A program made the translations under genes and the position numbers. A model generated the notes under the pieces. It was given only the letters and a program-made list of their open reading frames with translations, was not told where the DNA came from and did not search any database. Shown piece after piece: positions 50,848 to 64,000 of a DNA stretch of 64,000 nt; positions within the stretch are counted from its first letter, which is position 1, and each line of letters begins with the position of its first letter. The stretch is from Azolla caroliniana (taxonomy: Eukaryota; Plantae; Polypodiophyta): the NCBI GenBank assembly GCA_043228905.1, contig JBHGNT010000001.1:30752001-30816000 (forward strand), given 5' to 3'.

Positions 50848-52647
50848 ATGATGCATTCCTTGCTTTTGTCTTCCAGATCTGTGAATATCATCGCACCTTC
50901 CAAAAAGAAGAATAGGATTAGCCGTAGCGGATCATCATCGTCATCATCTTCATCAGCTGTGTATAATAATTGTAATTTTATTAGTAAACCCATTGATCAT
51001 CATACCATTGTAGCCAAAGCCTGTGCTTTCGATGAGATGCGCACAAATTCTGATTCAGAAGCAAGTTCAGCAGGAGGAGCGGAAAGAACCAATGCAGAAG
51101 CTAGACTAGAAACGGACCAATTTCATCTTGTCTCTGGCAATAAATCTTCAAGTTCTGATGAGGTTAATGGCCTAGGAGGAGGCGGAGGTAATATTGCTGC
51201 ATTAAACGTGAAAGATCTGTTAACAGACTGTGTTATGTCAGTTTGTCAAGGCAGATGGCAAAGATCCTTGGAACTTCTTCGGGTTTTGAAAGAGAAATCT
51301 TCTGCAGATAATGGCGATGGAGGAGATCAGAGAATGGTCTCACAATTCACAGCCGTTCTCTCAGCAAGAATACAAGAGACGTCGACCTACAACGCTGAAT
51401 ATAGATCATGGATGCAGAGGCACGAATTAGAAGGCAATACAACAAGGTTAGATAACATAGCCATGGATGCTATGCAGAATATTGATGAAGAAGGAATTCA
51501 AAATGCAAGTCTTTCTTTCAACCAGGTAACACCATATCTGAGATTCTTACACCTCACTGCCAACCAAGCCATTTTAGAAGCTGTGGAAAGGAAGCAGAGA
51601 ATTCATGTAGTTGATATAGAGATAATGCAAGGTTTGCAATGGCCGCCATTCATGCAAGCTATGGCTGAGCGTGATGGGGGTCCTCCTATGCTCCTTAAAA
51701 TTACAGGTGGTGGGAGAGAGAGACGAGTATTAGAACAAGTTGGGGAAAGATTAAGAAAATTTGCCGAGTCAGTTGGTATTGAAGGTTTTGAATATGATGT
51801 TTTGGAATATGGAGTCAATAATAATATCAACTCTACATCAGCTCATCATGGTCCTCGTCTACGGCCCTTGTTTCGAAGTGGAAATGAAGAAGAAGATGAT
51901 GACGATGAAGAAGAAGAATGTGAAACTATGGTTGTCAACTGCATTTTGCAAGTGGGAGATATGCCATGGAATTATAGCATGGGGGATCAAAGTGTAACCT
52001 CATTATTTCCTTCTGCTTCTTCAAATTTGCCTTCTTCCGGTTTGTCTTCTATATGTTCTTCATGGATGATGTTATCTGATGTGCTAATGAGGTATCGGCC
52101 TTTCCTTGTCACCATAGCCGAGCCAGAAGTAGATTTCTCAAGCTCCTCTTCATTTGAGATTCGTTTCGCTCAAGCTGTCCGGCATTACTCAGCAATATTT
52201 GAGTCTTTGGATGCAACATTGCCTCCCTCATGCCAACATCGCGCAATCGTAGAGAATGTGTGGCTCAGATCTCAAATTGCCAGTCTTCTGCTCCATGGCA
52301 ACAACAATAGGAATGATAACAATGCTGGCCAATTATATGGCCAAGTCGGACCAAATTCTTTTAATAATGGCTGTAGAAATGGTCTTCTTTATCAAAGCTT
52401 TACTTGTAGCTCATCGTGGCGAGCTTCTTTGTGTTCACGTGGTTTTGAGGCGATTCCATTGAGTGAGTTTGCTATATCGCAGGCACGTCTTCTCCTTCGT
52501 CTTCGATATCCCTCAGAAGGTTACCGTCTCCGACAGTTTTACAATAATAATAATGCTTCAGGTGGGGATCAACATTGCCTTGCCTTGGGATGGCAAGATA
52601 CTCCTCTCTTCACTGTCTCTGCTTGGAAATCCCCGTCATCATCATAA
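50848..52647 (+). CDS. LAS: GRAS transcription factor, LATERAL SUPPRESSOR/MOC1 (SCL18) subfamily, intronless, 599 aa from the first ATG
   Basis: SFNQVTPYLRFLHLTANQAILEA, IHVVD..GLQWPPFMQAMAER, HYSAIFESLDATLPP, LAS-type LSEFAISQARLLLRLRYPSEGY, and terminal LGWQDTPLFTVSAW. The track ORF starts at a TTG (50794); the first in-frame ATG is 50848. Confidence 0.9.
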   Translation: MMHSLLLSSRSVNIIAPSKKKNRISRSGSSSSSSSSAVYNNCNFISKPIDHHTIVAKACAFDEMRTNSDSEASSAGGAERTNAEARLETDQFHLVSGNKSSSSDEVNGLGGGGGNIAALNVKDLLTDCVMSVCQGRWQRSLELLRVLKEKSSADNGDGGDQRMVSQFTAVLSARIQETSTYNAEYRSWMQRHELEGNTTRLDNIAMDAMQNIDEEGIQNASLSFNQVTPYLRFLHLTANQAILEAVERKQRIHVVDIEIMQGLQWPPFMQAMAERDGGPPMLLKITGGGRERRVLEQVGERLRKFAESVGIEGFEYDVLEYGVNNNINSTSAHHGPRLRPLFRSGNEEEDDDDEEEECETMVVNCILQVGDMPWNYSMGDQSVTSLFPSASSNLPSSGLSSICSSWMMLSDVLMRYRPFLVTIAEPEVDFSSSSSFEIRFAQAVRHYSAIFESLDATLPPSCQHRAIVENVWLRSQIASLLLHGNNNRNDNNAGQLYGQVGPNSFNNGCRNGLLYQSFTCSSSWRASLCSRGFEAIPLSEFAISQARLLLRLRYPSEGYRLRQFYNNNNASGGDQHCLALGWQDTPLFTVSAWKSPSSS

Positions 52648-54237
52648 ATGTGATCACGAAGGAGTCTTCACCATCTCTTTGTATGAGCAAGCCACTAATT
52701 TTAATTTGATCACATTCAGACCATGACCCCTCGCTTTCTGTAATTTCCGTACTTGCTAACTTTTGACCTATCACTAATTCTTCATCAATTTTATTGCCCA
52801 TGCATCATGTATTACAATACTCCCCCCTTCTATACCTTAAAAAAAGTGGTTGAGATAGTTTGATCATGATGATATGTTTGAAGGATATGAACCCTGATCA
52901 GGGATCACGGACCATGGACCTAGTCACATGAATTTTGATATAAATTCAATTAACCGACTGGTGTTATGTGTCTAACCAATGGCTCCTACCTGAGTACTCA
53001 AGGGTCACGTAATTCTGTCTAACTAAATCTTTGAATAAATTTTAGATGCAGTAGAAAGAAAATCGACCTAATAGGTAAGCGACACGACTATGACGAAAAG
53101 GAAATTACATTTCAATGCGGAACCTGTTTTAGATTAGTGCAAGCTGCTGTTAGATGGTAAACTGTGAGTTAGTTACAGACATCTAAAAATGTACCAGGGC
53201 GATGGTCTAGCGTAGTAGCTGGTCCTTTACTTGGGCTGAGATTTTAGTGTTAATAGTTATTGCAACTATATATGGCTGGCCGTAATTCGAGAAGCACGTG
53301 TTTGTTAACTAATGCGAAGTAGTGTTTTTTTTTTTAAACAATAAATAAATAAAATTAGAGGAGCACGTAGCGAGAGTAATGTGTAAACTATGACAGCCAT
53401 TAACAGGAGGTTTTATGCCCCTAAGTATCCCTCCTAGTTGTATCGGTAATGTTTGGTGATACCACACTCTCTATATGCAACATTAATTTGTGTCGGGACA
53501 GAATCAACAAAGATTTGTCATTATATAATTGGATCTGAGTAGTGGAATTGTTGAACTTATTTGCAAAACCACTTAATTCCGGCATCCAACACCTTTTAGA
53601 TTAGAATCTAGATGATTGTTTGGTCAACCATAGTCCATTGGGACAAGATGCTATGGTATGGGTTTAAATCTCTAGCTTATTCATGTGTTGAAAGATCCCC
53701 TAATGTGGAATGCTACTTGATACTTGTACGTCAAGCTTTTAAGTTTACGCCCAACATTGCACGAGGTGCACGGGTAGATGGATTGGGGCAATTAACACAT
53801 GACATTGGTAGATGGGGAAGCATTTTTGAAGAGAGACGTAAGGCTTACCCATTGGGTTTTATTATAACATGTTGTGACCTAAATCTCCCGGCCTATTACT
53901 ACATCCGAAATGCATGCAAATGAGAGACACATGTGAGGAGGTAATGGGTTCGATGTAGTTCACCACCAATGTGGAAATGTGTTATAACTTATGTGCAGTT
54001 TTTGACTCTCGAATATATTGAAGGGGGTAACCTAGCTTTTGCTTTCATGAGTAGTTTAATTAGTTTAATTAGTTCAATAGGTAGGCACGACGCACACACA
54101 ACACCCACAATAATACTTTAAGAAATAGAAAAAGATAGAAGAGAGAGGCATGGCCCTAAAGCTTCCCAAATGCCCTCGTCGATGAATCGAGATTCAAACG
54201 TTTTTTCCTCACCACTTCTGCATCAGAGGCCATCGCC

Positions 54238-57200
54238 ATGAACGCTCTTCTGTGCAGGAGCCTCACTGCTTCTGCTCCCCCTTCTTCAGAAACGAGTCCA
54301 AGTCTCGGTCTTCAAGCAGCATTTCGTCATCTGCCTTGTTCCTCATTGAGGCGAACAAGATCAAATCAAACATTCTTCTCTTCCTCTCCTTCTCTTCTCA
54401 CCGTAGCTCCTCGACTTGGCCGAGTTATGAACGTTACCCGGAGCGATTACGATTCCGGTTCAGCACAGTCGTCCTCTTCTCCTTCCAAAGGTGCGTATCA
54501 GCTATCTTCATTTATCGTTCGTTCACGTAAAATTTGGTTCAATTTATGCCACTTCCTTCACTATTTTGATTCAATGTATCATACCTTGTACTATCTTGAT
54601 CCATTTCACCATTTCTTTAACTGGTTGATCCCTTGTCCAATTCTAGTTCTACTATAACAGGTAATATACCTCAAATTTTCATGATGACTGACTATGCAAA
54701 GTTTTTACTTTCCATTGTAATTTCGTTTTGTAGATCAAAGTTGATTGTTTTTGCTTTTGGTTGGACTGTGACTGTACAATCTCTGGAACCATTCCATTCT
54801 AATTCATTTTGTAGTTTAACGTTTTGGAAATCAAATAATGCTACAGGTTTGACCATTCAAGTTCAATTTGTTAGATTGTCAAAAGTTCCATTCTTTTGTG
54901 TTTATTTAGATTTGAATTTTGATAAAAAAAAGTGATTGGACGTTGAACTAATTGGTGTAGATTTCTAGTTAGTCTGCTATTAGATATGGCATTGCTAGTT
55001 CTGAAGGGGATGTGTGTGCTGAACAATTCCCCATAGCGTTATCCCGGGAGCCAGGATCAAATTTTTATTCACAAGAAAGAGTAAACTGTGACTCATGTAG
55101 GTCAACAAAATTATTCAAATAGCAATGTGTGTGAAAAGTTCGAGGTAGAAAGATTAAAATGTGACTCGTGTAGGTGAACAAAATTATTTGAATAGCAATG
55201 TGTGTGAAAAGTCTCAAATTGGTTTGGAATGATTCCATGTCATACTGGTGCCAATCAAGGACAGGCATGTGTTGGTATTCTTGAGGGAGCTTGCAGGCTC
55301 TCTATGTGTGAGAAGAAGCCCTTCTCCCAGATAATGCAATATCAGGTATGGGTGAGTAAATTTAATTAGACTTGTTTTTGATATCCATCATCCAAAGGAT
55401 CTTGCAAACAATGTTGCATAGGCTGGAATTTCAAGTAGTAGAGGTTCTTGATTAGGGTTTGTAATGTATGTTTGTACTTTTAAGATCCATCCTACAAAAA
55501 TTTCTACTAGACGAATGCATTCACATAAGAGTGTTAGCCATGGAATGCAAACAATGATGTGTGACACACAGATATTTTCAAGGAAATTCTGCAGGTTTTC
55601 CACATACGAGGACAAAACAGTATGAGAAAATATTACTTAAGAGTGAAATTTATTTTAGACATCTTGTTGATCATCTTCCAGAGATTCCCCAAAAGAATAG
55701 ATCAGAATAGTGGGTATGGAGGCAAAGAATATCTCATAGGCTTGTGTGATGTATGTTTGTGAAGTCTCTCAATGTGAAAAAACAAATCATTCAATGTGAT
55801 GTACATGGATGGAATAGGCTGTCAGTGGATGATCTCAATAGAGGTGCCGTTTTCTCATTTCTTGAATCAGGTACTGAGCTGTATTCTAATGTGGAAAAAA
55901 TAGGAGATTTCAGTCTAACAAGGTGATGCTTTATCTGTTATATCTACAGATTTCTTCGGGAATCGTCTTTTCCTGCTGACCCTTGTGGATTCATGAAAAA
56001 TTGTTTTTGCTTTTAATTGTTAATAGAAATATATTGATGCAAAATTTTAGATCTATTGCTGTTTGAGAAATGTAAAGCTGAATATATACACACTACCTAC
56101 AAAGATTGAGTGTAAACAGAGAATTAATTTAATGTACACATTATGAGAATCCTCATAATTATAGAATGCAATCCATTGCAATAATCACTAATTAATACAA
56201 TTGTAAGATATTCCATCCTTTGTTCCTTGGCATTCACCAATTATTGACTGCACTTTATATGACATGGGAAGGCATTATAATGGAATGTACTTTGATCACA
56301 GTTGTACTAGAAATTTGGAAGAATGCAGAAGCTGTATGTTTCGATGTTGATAGCACAGTGTGTTTAGATGAAGGTCTTGATGCACTAGGAGAATTTTGTG
56401 GTGCTGGGGAAGCTGTAGCAGCATTGACAAACAGGTTTTGATTATATTTACCAATTTATTCAGAATTTATATCAATTTTGAGATTAGTTTTTGATCTTGA
56501 ATATTTCGAACAGGGCCATGAGTGGAACTGTGCCATTTGAAGAAGCATTAGCTGCCCGCTTGTCCTTATTTAAGCCATCTTTAATAAATCTACAGGATTT
56601 TATTGCCAGCAATCCTCCCAAGTAAGTATTAAACTGCCCCTGTAGTATGTACCATGGCATGTGTCCATTACCCTCTTTTCGTTGTAAAACAGTAACTATT
56701 TCAGCTATTTTTAGTGTTGTTTCTGTTGCTTGCAGCATACCTAAAAGATTTCTCTCAGAAGTATATTGTTCATGGATACAGTGGCTTGTCTCCCCTGATT
56801 TATTGTTAGGCAGTGTGTCGTATCATGCCTTGTGTTGGTTATTTTACCTTCTAGAATGCAGGAAGCATTGGCTGTGCCAATACATGTCTTTCGCTGATAA
56901 AATTTTGTTTCCAGAATTACACCTGGCATCAAAGAGCTCTTTCACAAGCTTCAATCAAAAGGAAAGGTTGTCTACCTTGTATCTGGGGGCTTCCGTCAAA
57001 TAATAGCTGTAAGTAATTATTTTTGGGCAACCAAATTTAGATACAAGCAATAGTTATCTCCATTATCGAAGAGATCGTTCATTACAACAATGAATACATT
57101 GAAATTTAAGATGTGCAAGAAAATTAAGGTAATGACAAATCTTACATCTATGAATCTGCAATGTTCATTCTATGGATTGCGCATTGTTGCAGTATAGATA

Positions 57201-58155
57201 TCTTTTCTTTTGGTAAGATATGAATACAACCATGTGTCAACTTGGAAACTATGAAATCTTGCTGTTTAATAGACTGTGGTTTCTTTCAAATGTCAACCGT
57301 AACATTCACACGATACTCTTGAGGTTTATAATTTCTTGATAAGAATTGTGAGTGTCAGATTTATTTTGACTACCTTCTCTGTGTATAATGCAGAGTCGTA
57401 AAAAAACATCAGATATCATTTGATTTTGCTTCATAGCATTTCTCAATTTCCAGTCACTCAAAAGTAGAGAATGTGGTGTAAATTTTTACAATCTGTAGTG
57501 TAATGATTGCAATTTCGTTTACGATGCATGCAGCCAGTTGCTGAAATTCTGAATATCCCAGATGAGCGTATATTTGCCAACAGATTGCTTTTTGATAAGC
57601 ATGGTGCCTATGCCGGTTTTGATGCCAACGAGCCCACATCAAGAAGTGGTGGAAAAGCTGCTGCTATTTCACAGATTAAGAAGGTATGAACAGCACTCTC
57701 ACTTGAAGCTATAGTTTAGAAAATGGCCTACTTCATGGAGAATACAGTGAAGTCAAAACCCGTTCACTTGTACAATGATCTAATACATGTTTTGTTTGTT
57801 CAGCAATTTGACTACAGCAGGTTGGTCATGATTGGTGATGGAGCAACAGACCTTGAGGTAATGGCCATTCATTAACTTTGATTCAGCTACTTTATATAGA
57901 CCATTAGATGTGCATGATGGTAGTTCGATATTTTACTTCCAAACTAAAGGCATTCCATCATATCTCATGCTCTTATACATTACACATATTCAAAACTAAT
58001 TCAATTTGCTGTTATGTTTTGGTTTGAAGGCTCGACAGCCTGGTGGGGCCAACATTTTTATATGCTATGCTGGAGTTCAGTTTCGGGAAAGTGTTGCAGC
58101 ACAATCAGATTGGTGTGTGTTCAACTTTAATGATCTAATCTGCACTCTAGACTAG
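54238..58155 (+). CDS. PSP: Plastid phosphoserine phosphatase (HAD family), 7 exons, 305 aa: 54238-54490, 56302-56434, 56514-56621, 56915-57008, 57534-57683, 57804-57857, 58030-58155
   Basis: Ser-rich transit peptide; CFDVDSTVC (HAD motif I), VSGGFRQ, EPTSRSGGKA, MIGDGATDLEARQPGGA. All introns are GT-AG and the exons join in frame (918 nt). Confidence 0.93.
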
Positions 58156-58851
58156 ACCATTTGAATTTTCAACACTAAGAACAATAAACTCTTTCGTTGG
58201 TTTTTGATACCCCTAAAAGCCTTTATACTTCATGTAAAGGTTATATTAACAAATAACATGCAGTGCTTAACATTGGAGGTTAGTTTTCGGTCATGCCTAT
58301 AGTGGTCCGACAATCAAATCCACCAATATGAATCAAAGTTGTATTCTTGATCCTTCAAAGGAACACATAAAATGTACAAATAATTTAAGCATTTTCCTTT
58401 TACCTTCAAGTCAGTTTGGTAGTAGTTCAACTCCCACTCCACCCTGTATTTGGGAAAGGACATTGAACCTTTATTTCAAACAGAAAGGACATCTTGAGAC
58501 TCTAGCTTTCATTGACACAGACGTGGTCATATACCAAGAGGTCTACTGTAGAGTTTGTACACAAATTACAATCCTCATAAGTGAGCTCTATTACTATCAA
58601 TATCTGGCCTTACAATCACAATGTCGTGGGTGCCCTTCAGTCAAACGAATTCAGTAAACACACTTCAGATGTAATATTTGATTGGCCAAATGAACATTTT
58701 CTATGTTTTCAAATGTGCTGTCTATCATTAAATATTTATATTTATATTGCATTATATGTCATTTAAATATTGATGTGCCGTCCATGAATTTCTAAGATGA
58801 GGAATGATTATGCATCTTGTTTTATTGCTTCCATGCTCAAATCCAAACTTC

Positions 58852-58951
58852 CCTATCAATGCTCTCTTGTAATCATAATTGATAATGGTAACGATCACTC
58901 TAGGGACTGCCCTATTAATGCTCTCTTGTAATCATAATTGATAATGGTAAC
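58852..58951. repeat. Two-copy direct repeat, 60-bp period
   Basis: cctat(c/t)aatgctctcttgtaatcataattgataatggtaac occurs twice. Confidence 0.85.
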
Positions 58952-60581
58952 CCCAACTCCTGTGTCTAGCATCAATTGTACAATGGCCCCATTGTTTATC
59001 ATTTGGCAGAATTAAGCTCGCATAATCAGTCTCAAATTGATTGGATTCCTTCTGTGTCCAATTATTCTAGAGTTTTCCTTTATGTTATTGTTACCTTGAT
59101 ATGTCCTGACAATAAGTTGTTCATAACCAACTTGTAATTCTCAATTTAAATCATTCCCAAGTAGTTGTGTCAAGGTTTGGGGTTGAGACTTACTACTTGT
59201 TCAATATTTGACTTTGAGATCAAGCTATAGATGTCTAGCCATTCAGCATGCCGCTACACATTTAGTTTTTGTTAGCGGAAGAGGGTGACCGTAACCTCTC
59301 TATGTGTTGCAAACTACCCTTGCTATTAGGTTGTGGAGTTAAATTTTAATGCTTTGTCTTGTTGGGACTATTTCATATGATGGAAATCCCATTCCTCTAG
59401 CAAATCCCATCCTAGGTCACCTATCACTTGCAATAGCTTATTTTTGTTCCTTATGGATCTATTATTGGACTTTTGGATATGGTGTAGTCCAGAATTATTT
59501 ATAAGGGTGATCTTTCTTGAAGGCCAATAGACTACTATTGGACTTTGGTCAAGACCTACCCGAAACTCCATTCTACCTTTGTCTCTATACACACTAAGGT
59601 AGTAAAACCTATTGTGTCTTGGTTTAAAAACAAAAAATGTATATGGGAAAAGCCAGCTCATTAATGAATCAATAGTTGAGCACAAAGAAGATTGAGAATG
59701 CAACCAGGACAAAACCAAATGGCCTCTGATAAAAAAACAAATTGGTACATTGATTCAATGAGGTTATATACAAAACAAAAGTGCCTAACAAACATTCCAT
59801 AGAGGTTCAACTTCATTAATAAGGTACACAAGTGCTTCCTTAACACATGGACAAACTATCTGTGCTTACTAAGATTGAGTTTTGTAAATCTTTTCCTTTA
59901 CAATGTCTTCTGGAGTTAACCACCTTATCTTTGAGAAAATAAAACCTTTGCCAGCATTCTGGAGTTAGCATATTGACAGGCCCAATCGTATCCTGGTGTA
60001 TATTAAAAAACGTACTATGAGGAGAATCTGGTATATAGCCTACACATGAGGGTGTTTTGGTGTAATTGTCTTCTACAGATTCATCCTGCTAATTTTGAAA
60101 TTCACAATTTCACCTTTTTACTGAATTTGCTAAGCAACATGCTCATAGTAGAGTCTTAAAGCCCTATCTCCAACAGATTTCAAATATTCAATATCTGTTT
60201 TTAGCAAAGAGTAAGTGTTATATCCTCGATTATTGATAAGATGTACCACCACTTAGGGGAAACTATAGCTATAACTTGCATTGAAACATTTTTGCTAGAT
60301 CCTACACTGGTCAATATGTATTCTGGGTTACATAGAAGAGTAAATCTTGCAACACCATCATCTGCATATCCATGGCTTTTTATTGTATCATCAGTAACAT
60401 CAAGAAGAAGAAAATATATGCACATGGATTGGGATGATGACATAAAACAATAGCTAAACCTTGAATGATCATCGACAAAAGAAAATAATATATATATATA
60501 TATACACATAGTGAAATGATGATGTAACACATCAGCTAAATCTGGCACCATCATCATCAAGAAGAAGCCGGAAATATATGA

Positions 60582-61139
60582 TTAAGTTACAACGATTTCA
60601 CCATACATGCCTGCGGCTGCATGAGGCTCACAAAAGAACTTATAATTACCTTTCTCAGTAAGAACAACAACGAATTGCTCTCCCTGTTCATTCATATAAT
60701 CCGAACGAGAGATCTTCTCTATCTCCACACTTTCCGGAACGCCATCTTTCTGAAAGATCACGTTATGTGGAAAACCTTTGTTATTGAAGAAGATGATTTT
60801 CTCGCCAGATGACACTGTCACGGAAGAAGGTACAAAATTTAGGCTTCCATCATCACTTCCCATTTTGATCGTTGTGGCTGCAAGAGAGGGGTACGCAGAC
60901 AGAAGGATCGCCACAGCTGAAGATAGAGAAATCACTGCGGGAGCCAAATTTTGAAGAGGATGAAGAAAAGATACGATTTGAAGCCTTCTCCCGATATTTG
61001 ATCCGCCATGGAAGGCCCGAGGAGAAGAAAGAGGAGGCTCTGTGCTTCGACTTGAGAGGGCGATTGATGTCGGGCAAACCCTAGAAAACACAGAGAAACT
61101 CGCCTGGTGTGAAGAAGCCATGGTTATATTAAATGTCAT
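60582..61139 (-). CDS. PETE: Plastocyanin precursor, intronless (start may be the second ATG at 61121)
   Basis: Bipartite transit peptide ending SLA|A. Mature domain IKMGSDDGSLNFVP..GFPHNVIF..CEPHAAAGM retains the Cu ligands His, Cys, His and Met. Confidence 0.93.
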   Translation of the reverse strand: MTFNITMASSHQASFSVFSRVCPTSIALSSRSTEPPLSSPRAFHGGSNIGRRLQIVSFLHPLQNLAPAVISLSSAVAILLSAYPSLAATTIKMGSDDGSLNFVPSSVTVSSGEKIIFFNNKGFPHNVIFQKDGVPESVEIEKISRSDYMNEQGEQFVVVLTEKGNYKFFCEPHAAAGMYGEIVVT

Positions 61140-63534
61140 GGCGTAGAAATTCGATGAAATACCCCTCAGTTTTCCTTTATCTTTTTAAATGCCCCTTAAG
61201 TTTTCATCACAACCCAAAGGGCACACCCAATACACCGAAGATTTTGTAATCATGAAAAACTCTCATCCACGAAAATTTGGAAGCACAGAAATACTCACCC
61301 GCCCATGAATTCTTCTCCGTCTCTCTGAGTCCCCTTCATGCGAATCCATGGTTATATAAGCATCTCTATGAGGAAAAACACTCAATGAACATAGTTCATT
61401 TTTGGCCAATTCTAGACATCCAAAGGTACACACGCACCTCACTTTTCTGGCTCCATACTCACCATCGTTCTTCCATATATTTTATTTAGTTAAAGCTACA
61501 ACCAATTGTGAGGCATAACCCAACTAGTTGTCCCATGGGCATGCCAAGTGGCGATCGTCCGATAGTCATAAAAATAAGCTCATTATCTAATGTAATGTTC
61601 TTCTTATGTATCGCGTTGTGTTCATTCTTCTTGTCCATCTACTCGTTAGTCTAGTATAATCAAATGCTTGGGGTTTGGAGGATAGTTAAGTAAGTTAGTT
61701 AATTTAAGCTATTAATTATGTGTGCATCTCAGTTTGAGTTGGTCGCTCAAGCAATAAGGACACTCTTGTCTTTTGTCCTCCCAACCCAACACTTTGGAGT
61801 TGGCCACCTTCAACTACCTAGCAAACCTACTATCTAAGCATGTAGAACCTTAGAAGATAGGACGAACCAATTCTATGCTTGCCCTCTATAACCTGAGTTG
61901 CATTGGCTCACCTCTCGTAGCCAACCACAACTCAACCTTAGTTAAGCATACTTCAGTACAAACTTCCCATTCATTAAGGGGGTATGATTTTGGCCAAGCA
62001 ATAGTGTATCAATTCAAAAAGACGAATCATTTTATATTCATTGCTCTAAATCCATCTTGGGTGAAGAAACAGAAGGCCGAATACTCATAAATGTGGTTCC
62101 CTTGCACGAGCTCTTGAATGACATTGCTTTGAATCATGGTTCACAATTTATCTTACATTTTTAGAAGTCCCCCTTTCAACTCCTCGAGACCTAAACCAAA
62201 CTATCATCATTTTTAGAAGCTCCTCTTTCAACTCCTCATACTGATGACCAAATAAAACAAATAAATAGATCCTTGCGTAATATGTTTGGTACATGGTGAG
62301 TTTTCTACAAAATAATTTTATTCAAATTGTATTGCTTGCAAAGGTTTGCCTACAACAACACCCTATGTTCTTGAATCAAAGTGACCTTATTATTGGCTAA
62401 TTATGGTTTCCATCCACATATCAATGTGGTTATCCCTGCTAGTTCTAAAGGCCGTTCTATAGAAGAATGCAACATGGTACTAAAGGAGATTCATCACAAC
62501 ATGATTGTTAAGGTCATCCATGCAAATTTAAAGGCATAAGGATAAAGTTGATTGGTGATGACCACCTCGTTAAGTTAGCCTTGGTGTTCATAGACTTCAC
62601 CTACAACAATACCCTACATTCTTTAATCACGATGAATTTGTTACTTGTTGATCATGGTTTCCATTAATGTTTCCATGTTGATATCCTTGCTAATGTTTCC
62701 ACGTTGAACACACGTTGATAATTGAGGAGGTTTATCACAATTTGGCTGTCAAGCTCATCCACACCCAAGAAAGACATATGGATGAAGTTGATCATTGAGA
62801 AACAACCTCACCAAATTTCAAAGCTAAGATAAATCCTAGTGATGGCAACCTTTGGTAGAAATAAACTTTTGGCTTTTTGCCTCGCCCACCCCATTTTTGA
62901 ATTGATGACGTTTCCACAAGATACTCCTAGAACCTTATAATGTCTTTGATCCTTGATGGCCAACCTATGATGGAACTTGAGGTTGGGGATGAGCATGAAG
63001 ATGAAGAAATCACATTGGTTGTAAATCAAGTATCTAGTATTGCAAAGCGTATACCCATCATATAAAGATACTCGGGAGCTAGGTGACCACCTCAACAAAT
63101 TGGAAGTGCACACTTTGGGAATTCTACCTTCTAAACCCACTCCTCTTGGAAGTCCACGATAGAGGAGGAGATGATTTCGCAACTACCAACGAGTGAGGGA
63201 GTTGTAGAGTTATTTGGAGATATAAATATTCCAAGTGGATTCTTCAATGAACACAAGACCAAGTAGTTGTTGGCATTGTGACCGATCTATCCAAAGGAAC
63301 AATTTGATTAACCCAAACGCGGTGGATCAATGGTTGCAAAGGCAAGGCAAGGGCTTGTTAAAGAATGCAAATGGTTTTCGATAGTCTAGTAACCGAAGCA
63401 TGAAGTAATGAATGGTTTTCGATAGTCTCGTAAGGACATGTTTATCTTTGTTAGGGTGGACCCATTGGATATTAATTATGTTGGGAGGATGGCATCGTCG
63501 CCATTTGCGGTAGATCAATCACTCAATGAAAACC

Positions 63535-63536
<2 letters not shown>

Positions 63537-63579
<43 letters not shown>
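63537..63579. repeat. (AC)n microsatellite
   Basis: Direct reading. Confidence 0.95.
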
Positions 63580-63584
<5 letters not shown>

Positions 63585-63920
63585 CAGATGTAGAAGCCTG
63601 ACGAAGAAGACAAGGAAACGAAGAGTGCGTGTGGGGGGGGGGGGGGACCATTTTGTTACTTGACACGTGGGGGAAAAATAAAGAAAAAGAGCACAACTTA
63701 AAGATCGAACAAACCCAGCACTTTAAAGAAAAAGAAGAAAGAAGCAGCAACAGCATCTTCTTTTCACACACGTGGACACACACGAGAACCACCAAAAAGC
63801 CCCACCAAAAATCTCCCGCCCTACAGAATACACACACACTCAAAAGAACGGGGAGAACATTAGAAATTTAGAAGAAGAAGAAGAAAGAAAGAAAGAAAGA
63901 AAGAAGAAGGCAATCCCGCC

Positions 63921-64000
63921 ATGCCTCCTCCTCTGCTCTCTTTCTCCTTCACATTCCTCTTCCTCTTCCTCCTTCTTGCCTGCTCCCCCGCTCGCTGTGG
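63921..64000 (+). CDS. 5' end of a gene for a secreted or membrane protein (signal peptide); runs off the window
   Basis: gccATG context. Translates as MPPPLLSFSFTFLFLFLLLACSPARC (hydrophobic core plus small-residue cleavage region). Preceded by a GAA-rich leader and two CACGTG boxes (~63664, ~63769). Confidence 0.6.
   Translation, partial: MPPPLLSFSFTFLFLFLLLACSPARC

Overview
Land-plant nuclear DNA (spliceosomal introns, GRAS and bHLH genes, plastid transit peptides; probably a seedless plant, which is an inference). The first ~22 kb is a transposon nest. An old, broken L1-type LINE on the - strand (7134-21711) carries two insertions: a very young, intact Ty3/Gypsy chromovirus (9235-16254; LTRs identical by eye, with TG...TA ends) and a 1.5-kb TRIM-like element (18127-19603). 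A second LINE fragment and two MITEs lie nearby. The remaining ~42 kb is gene-sparse: an intronless HECATE/IND-type bHLH (29843-31240), a LATERAL SUPPRESSOR-type GRAS gene (50848-52647), a 7-exon plastid phosphoserine phosphatase (54238-58155), a divergent plastocyanin (60582-61139, -) and the signal-peptide start of another gene at the right edge. The most unusual signals are: (i) the chromovirus 5' leader, which looks like a 1.56-kb intron full of hairpins, including a ~56-bp-period array of conserved hairpins separated by divergent spacers; (ii) TRIM LTRs with tRNA-like segments and heat-shock-element clusters; (iii) a 20-bp-phased G-box cluster upstream of the LAS-like gene; (iv) a plastocyanin lacking its acidic patch. 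All coordinates and alignments were read by eye and no searches were run.
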